Under the pieces are notes generated by a model. That model worked only from the letters and a program-made list of their open reading frames with translations. It did not search any database and was not told where the DNA came from. A program made the translations under genes and the position numbers. A DNA stretch of 64,000 bases from Macrostomum lignano (lineage: Eukaryota), in contig NIVC01001915.1 of NCBI GenBank assembly GCA_002269645.1, forward strand, positions 158,065 through 222,064, read 5' to 3'. Positions 23,642 through 35,215 of this stretch are shown piece after piece. Position 1 is the first letter of the stretch. Every line of letters starts with the position of its first letter.

Positions 23642-26600
23642 TCATCGCCGCGTCGCCGTCTCGCTGGACTCGGCGTCAGAGGCCCAGCCGTCCAGCAGGA
23701 AGTCGGCGCACTGCTGGCACAGTTCGTCGTCGCCGCAGGTGTCGCCGGCCGAAGCTTTGGCCACGCGGCGGCGGCAGCGCGGGCAGTCGCTGGAGACGTC
23801 GGGCCGGACCTCCTCGACCAGCACGCCGACGTCGCCGAGGTCGCAGTCGGTCAGCACTCGCCGATCGGCCGCCCGCAGCGACTCGAATTCGGTAGCCCGG
23901 ACGACCCGGACGGACGAGCAGCGCAGTGTCTCGGCCAGCCGGCCGAATCGAGGATCCTCCTTGGCCTCTGGTCGCCATGGCAACGCGTCGTTGGCCAGCA
24001 GGAGCTCCCAGCCGGCACTCAGCGGCGCCAGCGACAGCCGGGCGGCGGCCGAGGCGGCCTGGGCGAACTCGTCAGAGCCGGCGAAAGCGGCCGAGCGCAG
24101 GCGGAACAGGGCCAGCAGCTGCCGGCCGAGCAGTGTCCGACTGTCCGAGCTGTCCGACAGGTCAGGGAACTGCCAGGCCTCCAGACAGACGCTGGTCGGT
24201 GACTCGGCCGGCCGGCCGCCGAATCCGTCGACTGGGAGAGCGGCGTAGACCTCCTCGGCCAGATGCGGCAGTACCGGAGCGGTTGCCATGGTGATTGCCC
24301 GCAGCGACTGCCACAGGGCAGCCTGGGCGGAGCGCCGGTCGGGACTGTCGGCTGGGAAGCAGTAGAGCCGGTGCTTCACGGCCGCCAGGTAGGGTCCGGC
24401 CGCCTGCGACAGCAGCTGCTCCAGCTGGCGGCACACGGCGCCGGTGTCGCAGGCGTCGAAGGCGGCCTCGATCGAGCGGACGAAGTCGGCGAGCAGGGCG
24501 AGATAGCCGGCATCTGCCGGATGGCAGATAGCCGTTCGGACAGTCTCGGACAGAGGCAGGTCGGACACGCAGCCGAGCAGAAAGCGCAGGTGGCTGCGCA
24601 GCCGCTTGACGTGGCCGTCGGCGGCGGCCAGAAGCCGGTCGCCGATCTCCGGTCTGACGGCGAGGCCGGCGCTGGCAGCCCAGTAGCGGAGACCGTCGGG
24701 CCCGTGACGGAGGATCACCTGGGCAGTGGGTTGGACGGGTGGATATTGGGGTAGACAGTGGGGTAGATGACCGGGCAGATACTGGGGTAGACAGTGGGGT
24801 AGATGACCGGCTGGATATTGGGGTAGACAATGGGGTAGATGACCAGCTGGATATTGGGGTAGACAATGGGGTAGATAACCGGGCGGATATTGGGGTAGAC
24901 AGTGGGGTAGATGACCGGGCGGATATTGGGGTAGACAGTGGGGTAGATGACCGGGCGGATATTGGGGTAGACTGTGAGGTAGATGACCGGGCGGATATTG
25001 GGGTAGACTGTGAGGTAGATGACCGGGCGGATATTGGGGTAAACTGTGAGGTAGATAACCGGGCGGATAATGGGGTAGACTGTGAGGTAGATGACCGGGC
25101 GGATATTGGGGTAGACAGTGGGGTAGATGACCGGGCGGATATTGGGGTAAACAGTGGGGTAGATGACCGGGCGGATATTGGGGTAGACTGTGAGGTAGAT
25201 GACCGGGCGGATATTGGGGTAGACTGTGAGGTAGATGACCGGGCGGATATTGGGATCCCGAATTATTCAGTAGAATGATGAAGAATTACTTAAAGATGCT
25301 TTTAGGAAGAGATTCGAAAAAAAATTAATTGAATTCAGTCAAAACGGAAATAGAAAAAAGCTTTCAAAAAGCACTGAAGCGCCAAAGGAGATTTTGCAGA
25401 CACTCGAAATGATAGACACAAGGCACAAACGCGGGATTCCGCACCTAAAAAGGAAGACGGGAAATGAAAAAAGGCGGGCTCAAAAGAGAGACTTATTCTT
25501 TTGAAACAGAAAACTTGCGCTGTCGGAGGCTGGAAACACAAAGGGAAAACAAACAAATCCCTTTCTCCTAAAAACTAAGCCTTCTTAGCTATCAGCTATT
25601 TATGCAAGATCACATCTTCCCCTGCCCATGTCTCCACCCTCCCCTGCCCGTGTCTCCATCCTCCCCTGACCGTGTCTCCATCCTCCCCTGCCCGTGTCTC
25701 CATCCTCCCCTGACCGTGCCTCCACCCTCCCCTGCCCGTGTCTCCACCCTCCCCTGCCCGTGCCTCCACCCTCCCCTGCCCGTGTCTCCACCCTCCCCTG
25801 CCCGTGTCTCCATCCTCCCCTGCCCGTGTCTCCATCCTCCCCTGACCGTGTCTCCATCCTCCCCTGACCGTGCCTCCACCCTCCCCTGCCCGTGTCTCCA
25901 CCCTCCCCTGCCCGTGTCTCCATCCTCACCTGCCCGTGTCTCCACCCTCCCCTGCCCGTGTCTCCATCCTCACCTGCCCGTGTCTCCACCCTCCCCTGCC
26001 CGTGTCTCCACCCTCCCCTGCCCGTGTCTCCACCCTCCCCTGCCCGTGTCTCCATCCTCCCCTGACCGTGTCTCCATCCTCCCCTGACCGTGCCTCCACC
26101 CTCCCTGCCCGTGTCTCCACCCTCCCCTGCCCGTGTCTCCACCCTCCCCTGCCCGTGTCTCCATCCTCCCCTGCCCGTGTCTCCACCCTCCCCTGCCCGT
26201 GTCTCCATCCTCACCTGCCCGTGTCTCCATCCTCACCTGCCCGTGTCTCCACCCTCCCCTGCCCGTGTCTCCACCCTCCCCTGCCCGTGTCTCCACCCTC
26301 CCCTGCCCGTGTCTCCATCCTCCCCTGCCCGTGTCTCCACCCTCCCCTGCCCGTGTCTCCACCCTCCCCTGCCCGTGTCTCCATCCTCCCCTGCCCGTGT
26401 CTCCACCCTCCCCTGCCCGTGTCTCCATCCTCCCCTGCCCGTGTCTCCATCCTCACCTGCCCGTGTCTCCACCCTCCCCTGCCCGTGTCTCCACCCTCCC
26501 CTGCCCGTGTCTCCACCCTCCCCTGCCCGTGTCTCCACCCTCCCCTGCCCGTGTCTCCACCCTCCCCTGCCCGTGTCTCCACCCTCCCCTGCCCGTGTCT

Positions 26601-29391
26601 CCACCCTCCCCTGCCCGTGTCTCCACCCTCCCCTGCCCGTGTCTCCACCCTCCCCTGCCCGTGTCTCCACCCTCCCCTGACCGTGTCTCCATCCTCCCCT
26701 GACCGTGTCTCCATCCTCCCCTGACCGTGCCTCCACCCTCCCCTGACCGTGCCTCCACCCTCCCCTGCCCGTCTCCAATCTCTCCTGGCCGTTCCCTGAA
26801 TTTCACCCTCCCTTTTCTAATCTCACCCTCCCTTTTCTTCTAATCTCACTCTCCTTTTATAATCTCACTCAGTTTTCTAATCTCACCCAGTTTTCTAATC
26901 TCACTCAGTTTTCTAATCTCACCCAGTTTTCTAATCTCACCCCTTAATTTTCTAATCTTATCCTTTTTTCTAATCTCACCCTCCCTTGTCTAATCTCACA
27001 CTGCCTTTTCGAATCACTCGAACCTTTTGATTATCTTATCACGTCTTGTGACAAGACGACAGGTGTTGTGAAAGCATCCCACACCCTCAACCCCCCGCTC
27101 CCATGTCCCCACCTGTTCCGGGTCCACCACGTTGCCAACAGACTTGGACATCTTCCTGCCGGTCTCGTCCACAGTGAAGCCGTGCACAGCCAGGCTCTTG
27201 TAAGGCGGCCGGCCAGTCAGAGCCACCGAGAGCAGCAGCGAGCTGGAGAACCAGCCGCGGAACTGGTCCTGACCTTCGACGCACAGCGACGCCTGACCGT
27301 CAGCGTCCAGGTCGCCCGCCTCGCCGGCCACCGCCCAGGAGAGGCCGCTGTCCATCCAGATGTCGAAGATGTCGCCAGATTTCTTCAAGCGTCGATGGCG
27401 CAGCTCGGAGCTGCCGAATTTTTCGGCGAGTTGATCGGCCGAGAGTTCGAACCAGGAGTCGGCGCTGCCGGTCTCGGCGACGTGCTCGGCGAAGCGGCGA
27501 GTCAGCTGACTGTCGTAGACGGGGTCGCCGGTGGACTCTGGGAAAGTTGGATATCGCGGGGATGAGATTAGATGGATTGGAATGGGATTAGACGAAGTGG
27601 GAGGCGATTGAGATGTTGAAATGGAACTAGATGGTTGGGATGGGATCAGATGTAATGGGATAGGATTAGATGGAATGGGATAGGATTAGATGGAATGGGA
27701 TGGGATTAGATGGAATGGGATAGGATCAGATGGAATGGGATAGGATCAGATGGAATGGGATAGGATTAGATGGAGTGGGATAGGATTAGATGGAATGGGA
27801 TAGGATTAGATGGAATGGGATAGGATTCGATGTAATGGGATTGGATTAGATGGAGTGGGATGGGATTAGATGTAATGGGATAGGATTAGATGGAATGGGA
27901 TGGGATTAGATGGAATGGGATGGGATTAGATGTAATGGGATAGGATTAGATGGAATGGGATGGGATCAGATGGAATGGGATGGGATTAGATGGAATGGGA
28001 TTGGATTCGATGGAATGGGATAGGATTCGATGTAATGGGATTGGATTAGATGGAATGGGATAGGATTCGATGTAATGGGATAGGATCAGATGGAGTGGGA
28101 TAGGATTAGATGGAATGGGATAGGATTAGATGGAGTGGGATGAGATTAGATGGAGTGGGATGAGATTAGATGGAGTGGGTTGAGATTAGATGGAGTGCGA
28201 TGGGATTAGATGGAGTCAGAAGGGATTAGATGAGATGGGATTAAAAGGAATCGGTTCGCAGAACTTGGCAACCTCGGCTATCCCAAACCCCCAGCGCACC
28301 GTCGTACAGCACTGGGATCGGCACTCCGTGCACCCGCTGCCGGCTGATGCACCAGTAGGGCCGGGCGGCCACGAAAGCCCGCATAGCGCCGGCCTCCCTG
28401 TCCGGCAGAATTCGGACAGTGTCCAGAGCGGTTAGTGCCCGGTCGCGCAGGCCGGCAGTGTCCAGAAACCACTGGCTGGAGGCGCGCAGCATCACAGGGC
28501 GGCCGGTGCGCCAGTCGTAGGGGTAGCTGTGCACCAGCGCCTCCGTGTGCGCCAGGAGGCTGCGCCGGCGCAGCAGGTCCAGCACGGCCCCGGACCCCTC
28601 CGTCAGGCAGTGCCGGCCGTTCAGCTCCTCCAGCGATTCGGACAGGCCGGGGCCGCCGAACCGGCCGGCCTCCGTTACCATGGAGACGAGGGGAAGTTTG
28701 AATTTGATGCCAAGTTGAAAATCCTCGCGGCCGTGCGCGGGGGCCACGTGCACCAGGCCGGTGCCCTTGTCCTCGGTCACGTGATCCGATGGCAGCACCG
28801 GGCACTCCGCGTTCTGCGGGTTCAAGAGGGGCCTGGCGATTAATGGCCAGCAGGAATTAGGATATCGACCCAGGCCTTTCCATATTGCCCCATAGCCTTC
28901 CCACACTGTCCCATAGCCTTCCCACACTGTCCCATAGCCTTCCCACACTGTCCCATAGCCTTCCCACACTGCCCAATAGCCTTCCCACACTGACCCATAG
29001 CCTTCCCACACTGTCCCATAGCCTTCCCACACTGTCCCATAGCCTTCCCACACTGACCCATAGCCTTCCCACACTGTCCCATAGCCTTCCCACACTGACC
29101 CATAGCCTTCCCACACTGTCCCATAGCCTTCCCACACTGTCCCATAGCCTTCCCACACTGTCCCATAGCCTTCCAACACTGTCCCATAGCCTTCCCACAC
29201 TGTCCCATAGCCTTCCCACACTGTCCCATAGCCTTCCAACACTGTCCCATAGCCTTCCCACACTGTCCCATAGCCTTCCCACACTGTCCCATAGCCTTGC
29301 CACCCGGAACCCACACTGAACGGATGCCGGTAGGTCGCCCCAATCAGCGCATCGGCAGGGAACTCGGCCAGCGGTTCTCCGAGCTCGACGC

Positions 29392-29425
<34 letters not shown>

Positions 29426-32295
29426 GAAGCCGGGCCAGCTGGCTGCGACAACAACGGTCCGACCGTCTGGCAGACGGCGCAGCGAGTAGCGCATGCCGGG
29501 GCCCACAGCGACAGCGGCGTTGGCCGGCAGAGTCCACGGCGTGGTGGTCCAAACCAGCAGGTGATGCCGCGGCTGCTGCTCCCCTCCCGAGTCTCTCAGA
29601 GCCTCAGGCGCCGACGCGTCGGCGGACAGCCGAATCAGCGGCATCAGGACGAAGGCGCTGTCCGACCGGTGATCGTCCCGATACACGAGCTCCGCCTCGG
29701 CCAGCGCAGTGGCCGAACTGTCCGACCAGTGGACGGGCAGGAAGCTGCGATAGACCAGTCCGAGACTGTGCAGCCGGTCGAACGCCAGCAGCTGACGGGC
29801 CACGTAGCCGGGCGATTTGGTCTCGTAGTGCTCAGCTGACGCGCTGAGGACGCCCCAGTGCTGAAATGCCAACCGTTGCTCTGCGATGCACTGGTCAGCG
29901 AATGCTCTGGGTGGGTGAGCAGACCGAGGTGAGATCCGTTTGTTAATTGTTAGTTCAGTTAGCGGAGGGCTTTGGCACTGCCGCAGATCAAGGCCCACAG
30001 AACAGGCAAGCAGTGCCCCTGAGCGCACGGTGTACATGGCACCCCTACACTTCTCCCCGAATCTCACCCCTACTCTTCCCCGAATCTCACCCCTACTCTT
30101 CCCCGAATCTCACCCCTACACTTCCCCGAATCTCACCCCTACACTTCCCCGAATCTCACCCCTACACTTCCCCGAATCTCACCCCTACACTTCCCCGAAT
30201 CTCACCCCTACACTTCTCCGAATCTCACCCCTACTCTTCACTGAATCTCACCCCTACACTTCTCCGAATCTCACCCCTACTCTTCACCGAATCTCACCCC
30301 TACACTTCCTCGAATCTCACCCCTACACTTCCCCGAATCTCACCCCTACACTTCCCCGAATCTCACCCCTACACTTCCCCGAATCTCACCCCTACTCTTC
30401 ACTGAATCTCACCCCTACACTTCTCCGAATCTCACCCCTACTCTTCCACGAATCTCACCCCTACTCTTCCCCGAATCTCACCCCTACACTTCCCCGAATC
30501 TCACCCCTACACTTCTCCGAATCTCACCCCTACACTTCTCCGAATCTCACCCCTACTCTTCACCGAATCTCACCCCTACACTTCTCCGAATCTCACCCCT
30601 ACACTTCTCCGAATCTCACCCCTACTCTTCACCGAATCTCACCCCTACACTTCCCCGAATCTCACCCCTACACTTCACCGAATCTCACCCCTACACTTCC
30701 CCGAATCTCACCCCTACACTTCCCCGAATCTCACCCCTACTCTTCACTGAATCTCACCCCTACACTTCTCCGAATCTCACCCCTACTCTTCCCCGAATCT
30801 CACCCCTACTCTTCCCCGAATCTCACCCCTACACTTCCCCGAATCTCACCCCTACACTTCTCCGAATCTCACCCCTACACTTCTCCGAATCTCACCCCTA
30901 CTCTTCACCGAATCTCACCCCTACACTTCTCCGAATCTCACCCCTAAACTTCTCCGAATCTCACCCCTACTCTTCACCTAATCTCAACCCTACACTTCTC
31001 CCCGAATCTCACCTCTATACTTCTCCCCGAATCTCACCCTTTTCACCGAAGTTGTAATTGTTGGTGTTGTGATTGTTGGTGTTGTGATGGTGTTGTAATT
31101 GTTGGTGTTGTGATTGTTGTTACTGTTGGGTTGTTGTTACTGTTGGTTTGTTGCCAGTGTTGGTGTTGTGATTGTTGGTGCTGTGATTGTTAATGTTGTG
31201 ATTGTTCAAAATGTCTATGGTAATTTACGTTAAGGCAATGACATTCAAGCAACGACCGGTCATTTTTTTAAATTGACAATAGAGCAATTTACCGGGATAT
31301 CATTTTAGAAAACGAACGAGTCCATGAGCGTAAAATAAAATAGTCTATGGTTGTAAGTGGGGCTTCGCGCCCACACCCCCCACTCCCCTTTCCCACTCGG
31401 ATCCTGGTGGACAAATTGACCAATAAAGTTAGCTGGAAGTGAGAAAATATGGTTTGTAATGGCCATAGACACGATATAGCCATAGTCACTAGTATCTATG
31501 GCCATTACCATGAATTCTCACTTCCAGACAACCCCCTTATTGTTGTTTTCGTCATTGTTGGTGTTGTGATTGTTGGGTTGTCATTTTTGTTCTTGTTGAA
31601 TAGCTGCTGTTTCTACTGTTGTCTTGGACTCGCTCGCGTACATACATGTGTGTAAAGCTTATTCATTATCCTAAGTTGTACAAGTGGCGTCCCAAAGTAT
31701 TGAATCACTTTGACAGTTAATCATTTTTATCGTCTAAGCGTACTGTCTTTCCTCCGCACATGTAATTCAATTCAAGGGAAATCTGACTACCAAAAGCTAG
31801 GTAAAAAATAAGGAGATTTCGGAGCGTAGATTACTCCCTAGAGATACTCAGTGATGAGATACACAACCAATATCACTTTCGTCGCTGAGCTAACCTTGCC
31901 CTTTGACGAATCTGATTGGCTGGCGAACAATCAGCAGCAGGTTCGGCAGAATCGCTTCCAGCAGCTGACTGAGTCGGCTTCGCTTTGAGCTCGATTGGCA
32001 GCCCGTGACAGTCCCAGCCTAGCCGAAACCGAACCTGCCGGCCGCGCAAAAGCTGGTAGCGACTCACTGAGTCCTTCAACACCTTGTTGAGCGCGTGTCC
32101 AACGTGCGGCTTACCGTTGGCGTAGGGCGGGCCGTCGTGCAGGCTGAAAACTTGGCGCGGCCGCCCATCTCTCAGCTGCCAGGCGTAGGCCTCGGCCCAT
32201 AGACGACGCAGCCGCTCGGCGTGCTCGGGACTGCGAGCCGGCCGCCTAACCGGGATGGCAAATTTGGGCAGGTTCAGCGACGCCCGATAGCTCAT
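23642..32295 (-). CDS. IARS2: Mitochondrial-type isoleucyl-tRNA synthetase; exons 31895-32295, 29315-29906, 28300-28813, 27113-27537, 23642-24718 (3009 nt, ~1002 aa)
   Basis: HDGPPYANG-x-P-HVGH (HIGH motif), GWDCHGLPIE, WTTTPWTLPAN, GTGLVHVAPAHG, WCISRQR, DIWMDSG, EGQDQFRGWF, KMSKS, C-terminal CPRC...LCQQC zinc finger. Canonical splice sites, phases 2/0/1/0 give a continuous ORF. Confidence 0.94.
24745..25255. repeat. 36-bp minisatellite (GGGGTAGATGACCGGGCGGATATTGGGGTAGACAGT)n
   Basis: IARS2 intron 4, next to the acceptor at 24719. Confidence 0.95.
25617..26775. repeat. 22-bp C-rich minisatellite (TGCCCGTGTCTCCACCCTCCCC)n
   Basis: ~52 units; G-rich on the sense strand. Confidence 0.97.
26800..27012. 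repeat. Degenerate ~18-bp repeat (TTTCTAATCTCACCCAGT)n
   Basis: Direct reading. Confidence 0.85.
27560..28240. repeat. 20-bp minisatellite (GATGGAATGGGATAGGATTA)n filling IARS2 intron 3
   Basis: Direct reading; ~22 bp from the acceptor, ~60 bp from the donor. Confidence 0.95.
28878..29300. repeat. 21-bp minisatellite (CCCACACTGTCCCATAGCCTT)n filling IARS2 intron 2
   Basis: ~20 units; reads (GYGTVWE)n in frame with the flanking exons. Confidence 0.96.
30040..31040. repeat. 23-bp minisatellite (TTCCCCGAATCTCACCCCTACAC)n in IARS2 intron 1
   Basis: ~43 units. Confidence 0.96.
31433..31527. other. 95-nt imperfect hairpin in IARS2 intron 1
   Basis: Left arm CTGGAAGTGAGAAAATATGGTTTGTAATGGCCATAGACAC; right arm reverse complement CTGGAAGTGAGAATTCATGGTAATGGCCATAGATAC; ~19-nt loop. 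Confidence 0.75.
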
Positions 32296-32809
32296 GGCTT
32301 GGCCGGTAGCGCCAGAAGCGTTTTAACAATAGTACGGGTCAAATATCCGTATAAACCGTTATAAGAGGTTGCAGCTCACAATCCATGAGCTTTCCAACCG
32401 CTGAATGGCTGTTTGTTTCAATTATTTACAATTTCTTTAAACCACTGATTCTAATCTATTATAGCCTCCTAAGCATGGCCAGAGAAGATTTTAAAGAGAA
32501 AGGATCACGCGAGAATTGTTTTCGGTGCAGAAAGAAATAATGTACGTTCGTCCTAGCGCTAGATAATGTACATAGGCAAGATAGTTCAGCCACTGATAGC
32601 GAGTCAAGACAATAAGGATAAAAGTGGGTAGAGAATTGACTGGACAGAAAGAATAGGAATTTGTTTAAGGGTTTAGGGTCCAAGCTAGTTGAACCTCTGA
32701 TTGCGAGTCTAGACTGAATTATAATAGCCAATAGGAACTGGTTAAGGGTAAGAGTTTGCACTAAATAGCGATTTTGGGCAATAAAATCGGGGTTGGCCAC
32801 AAAGTTCAA

Positions 32810-33645
32810 ACAGCCAATAGGAATTGGTTAGGGGTAGAGCAGTGACTGCGGTATGAAATTCTAACAGCCAATAGGAATTGGTTAGGGGTAGAGTAGTGAC
32901 TGTGGTATGGAATTCAAACAGCCAATAGGAATTGGTTAGGGGTAGAGTAGTGACTGCGGTATGGAATTCAAACAGCCAATAGGAATTGGTTAGGGGTAGA
33001 GCAGTGACTGCGGCATAGAATTCAAACAGCCAATAGGAATTGGTTAGGGGTAGAGTAGTGACTGCGGTATAGAATTCAAACAGCCAATAGGAATTGGTTA
33101 GGGGTAGAGTAGTGACTGCGGTATGGAATTCAAGCAGCCAATAGGAATTGGTTAGGGGTAGAGTAGTGACTGCGGTATAGAATTCAAACAGCCAATAGGA
33201 ATTGGTTAGGGGTAGAGCAGTGACTGCGGCATAGAATTCAAGCAGCCAATAGGAATTGGTTAGGGGTAGAGTAGTGACTGCGGTATAGAATTCAAACAGC
33301 CAATAGGAATTGGTTAGGGGTAGAGCAGTGACTGCGGCATAGAATTCAAACAGCCAATAGGAATTGGTTAGGGGTAGAGCAGTGACTGCGGCATAGAATT
33401 CAAGCAGCCAATAGGAATTGGTTAGGGGTAGAGCAGTGACTGCGGTATAGAATTCAAACAGCCAATAGGAATTGGTTAGGGGTAGAGTAGTGACTGCAGT
33501 ATAGAATTCAAACAGCCAATAGGAATTGGTTAGGGGTAGAGCAGTGACTGCGGCATAGAATTCAAACTGCCAATAGGAATTGGTTATGGGTAGAGTAGTG
33601 ACTGCGGTATGGAATTCAAACAGCCAATAGGAATTGGTTAGGGGG
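32810..33645. repeat. 54-bp minisatellite containing CCAAT-AGGA-ATTGG, upstream of IARS2
   Basis: ~15 units of ACAGCCAATAGGAATTGGTTAGGGGTAGAGTAGTGACTGCGGTATAGAATTCAA. Confidence 0.96.
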
Positions 33646-35215
33646 GAATAAGTATAGGACGACCTTTACTAGAAAGGCTAGACCACTATATAAATTCCAA
33701 GGAAAGATAAGATTTAAATTAGTCGAAAAAGTACAAAGCCAGAACACAAAACATTGATATTGCTTCGCTTACTAAACAAGCAATCATTAGCGCGGATAAT
33801 TAGCTGATCAATAATTATGGTTAATTATATATTTTACTAGTCCTTTAACACGGTATCAATAAACGCGTTAAAACTGTTAACAAAACGAGTGTGCACTAGA
33901 GGGCAAGTTGAAAAGTATTATAAAAGAGACTAGAACAGATTACAGCTGCGCAAATGATTAAAACAAAATCAACAAAAAACTGTCTGGAGTGCATAAACTG
34001 TAAGATAAATTGGAAACACAAAGAGATACGAGGGAATATATTGGATAATTGCATAGGGCCATCACACTAATTTACTACTGTTAAAACTATAAAACAGATT
34101 TTGCAAGGACAACTGCAGATGTAGTGGAAACATTGCAATCAATAAACGGCAAAACAAACATAAAAACAGATGCTGAAGAACGACTTTTCGAATGGTTTTG
34201 TTATTTTTAATAGTTAGAAAGCAAGCCAAAAAATGCTCTAAAAGCTTGATTTTATACGCTTTTAATGTTGTTGCGACTTCGAGATAACGCAAAAGTGCAA
34301 AATTTGAACAATATTTAGTAATAAAAATGTGAGGACATTATAAAAATGCGACTAGATTCTAGAAATGTCTTCGCACTACAATCTATTTGACTGATAAGGA
34401 GAAGCAAGCAAAACAAAAGGTTTGCTAATTAATATTATGCAGATAAAGCCTGTGAGATTTATTATAAGGAGGAATGGAAATACAGAGTATAAAAGGTGCC
34501 ACATCTCTACGAGCGTACTTGCAGTAGTGTAGGCGCGCTGAATAAAGAATGTTGAACAAAGTTTGACAAAGGTAAACTACTAAAATAAATTTTGTCAAAG
34601 AATTGTAGAAAACCTGATGGACAAACTTTGTCAAACTTTGTTAAATATCACAAAAATATCATCACAGACTTTTAATGTCGTAGACAAAACAAAATTTATT
34701 ATTAAAAATTCTAAACTTGTGAAACTAAACAGTCTTAATTATTAATAGCCTTACAGCTTTAAACTCCCTCAATCTGTGCCTACCCCAAGGGGGGGGGAGT
34801 TAGATAGCTAGTTTGCCATACTATTTTTATACGCTAATTTAAGGATTAAAAATCATTTTATTCTACTAACAGTAGCGCTAAATGAATCGAAAAACACTTT
34901 ACCAATAGAAACTACTAAATAAAATTTCCGCCTTTGTTGTTATTCCTGTTGCATGGATAAATTAAAGGGGAACTGCACACACACGTAAGTGAGTAGATGA
35001 GTTGAGTAAGACTTTGACTCAATTAATGCCTAAGACGCTACATAATAATAAAAAAACGCGACACAAACGAACACTAAATTATTCGCTTGACTTACAATAA
35101 TAAGATTAATAACACAAGTAGAGCCTTCAGTTTAGTATTTCATTAGAGAACATTGAAAATCTCTCGAAATCCCATCTTCTATTTCTGTTCCACACATGCC
35201 TGCAGGTGGGCGATA

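Noticed and set aside
23642-32295. Bacterial contamination or recent HGT of IleRS (and of the IS1595-like ORF)
   Set aside because: IleRS has four spliceosomal introns in consistent phase. The IS1595-like protein fits the eukaryotic Merlin superfamily and sits inside a PICALM intron.
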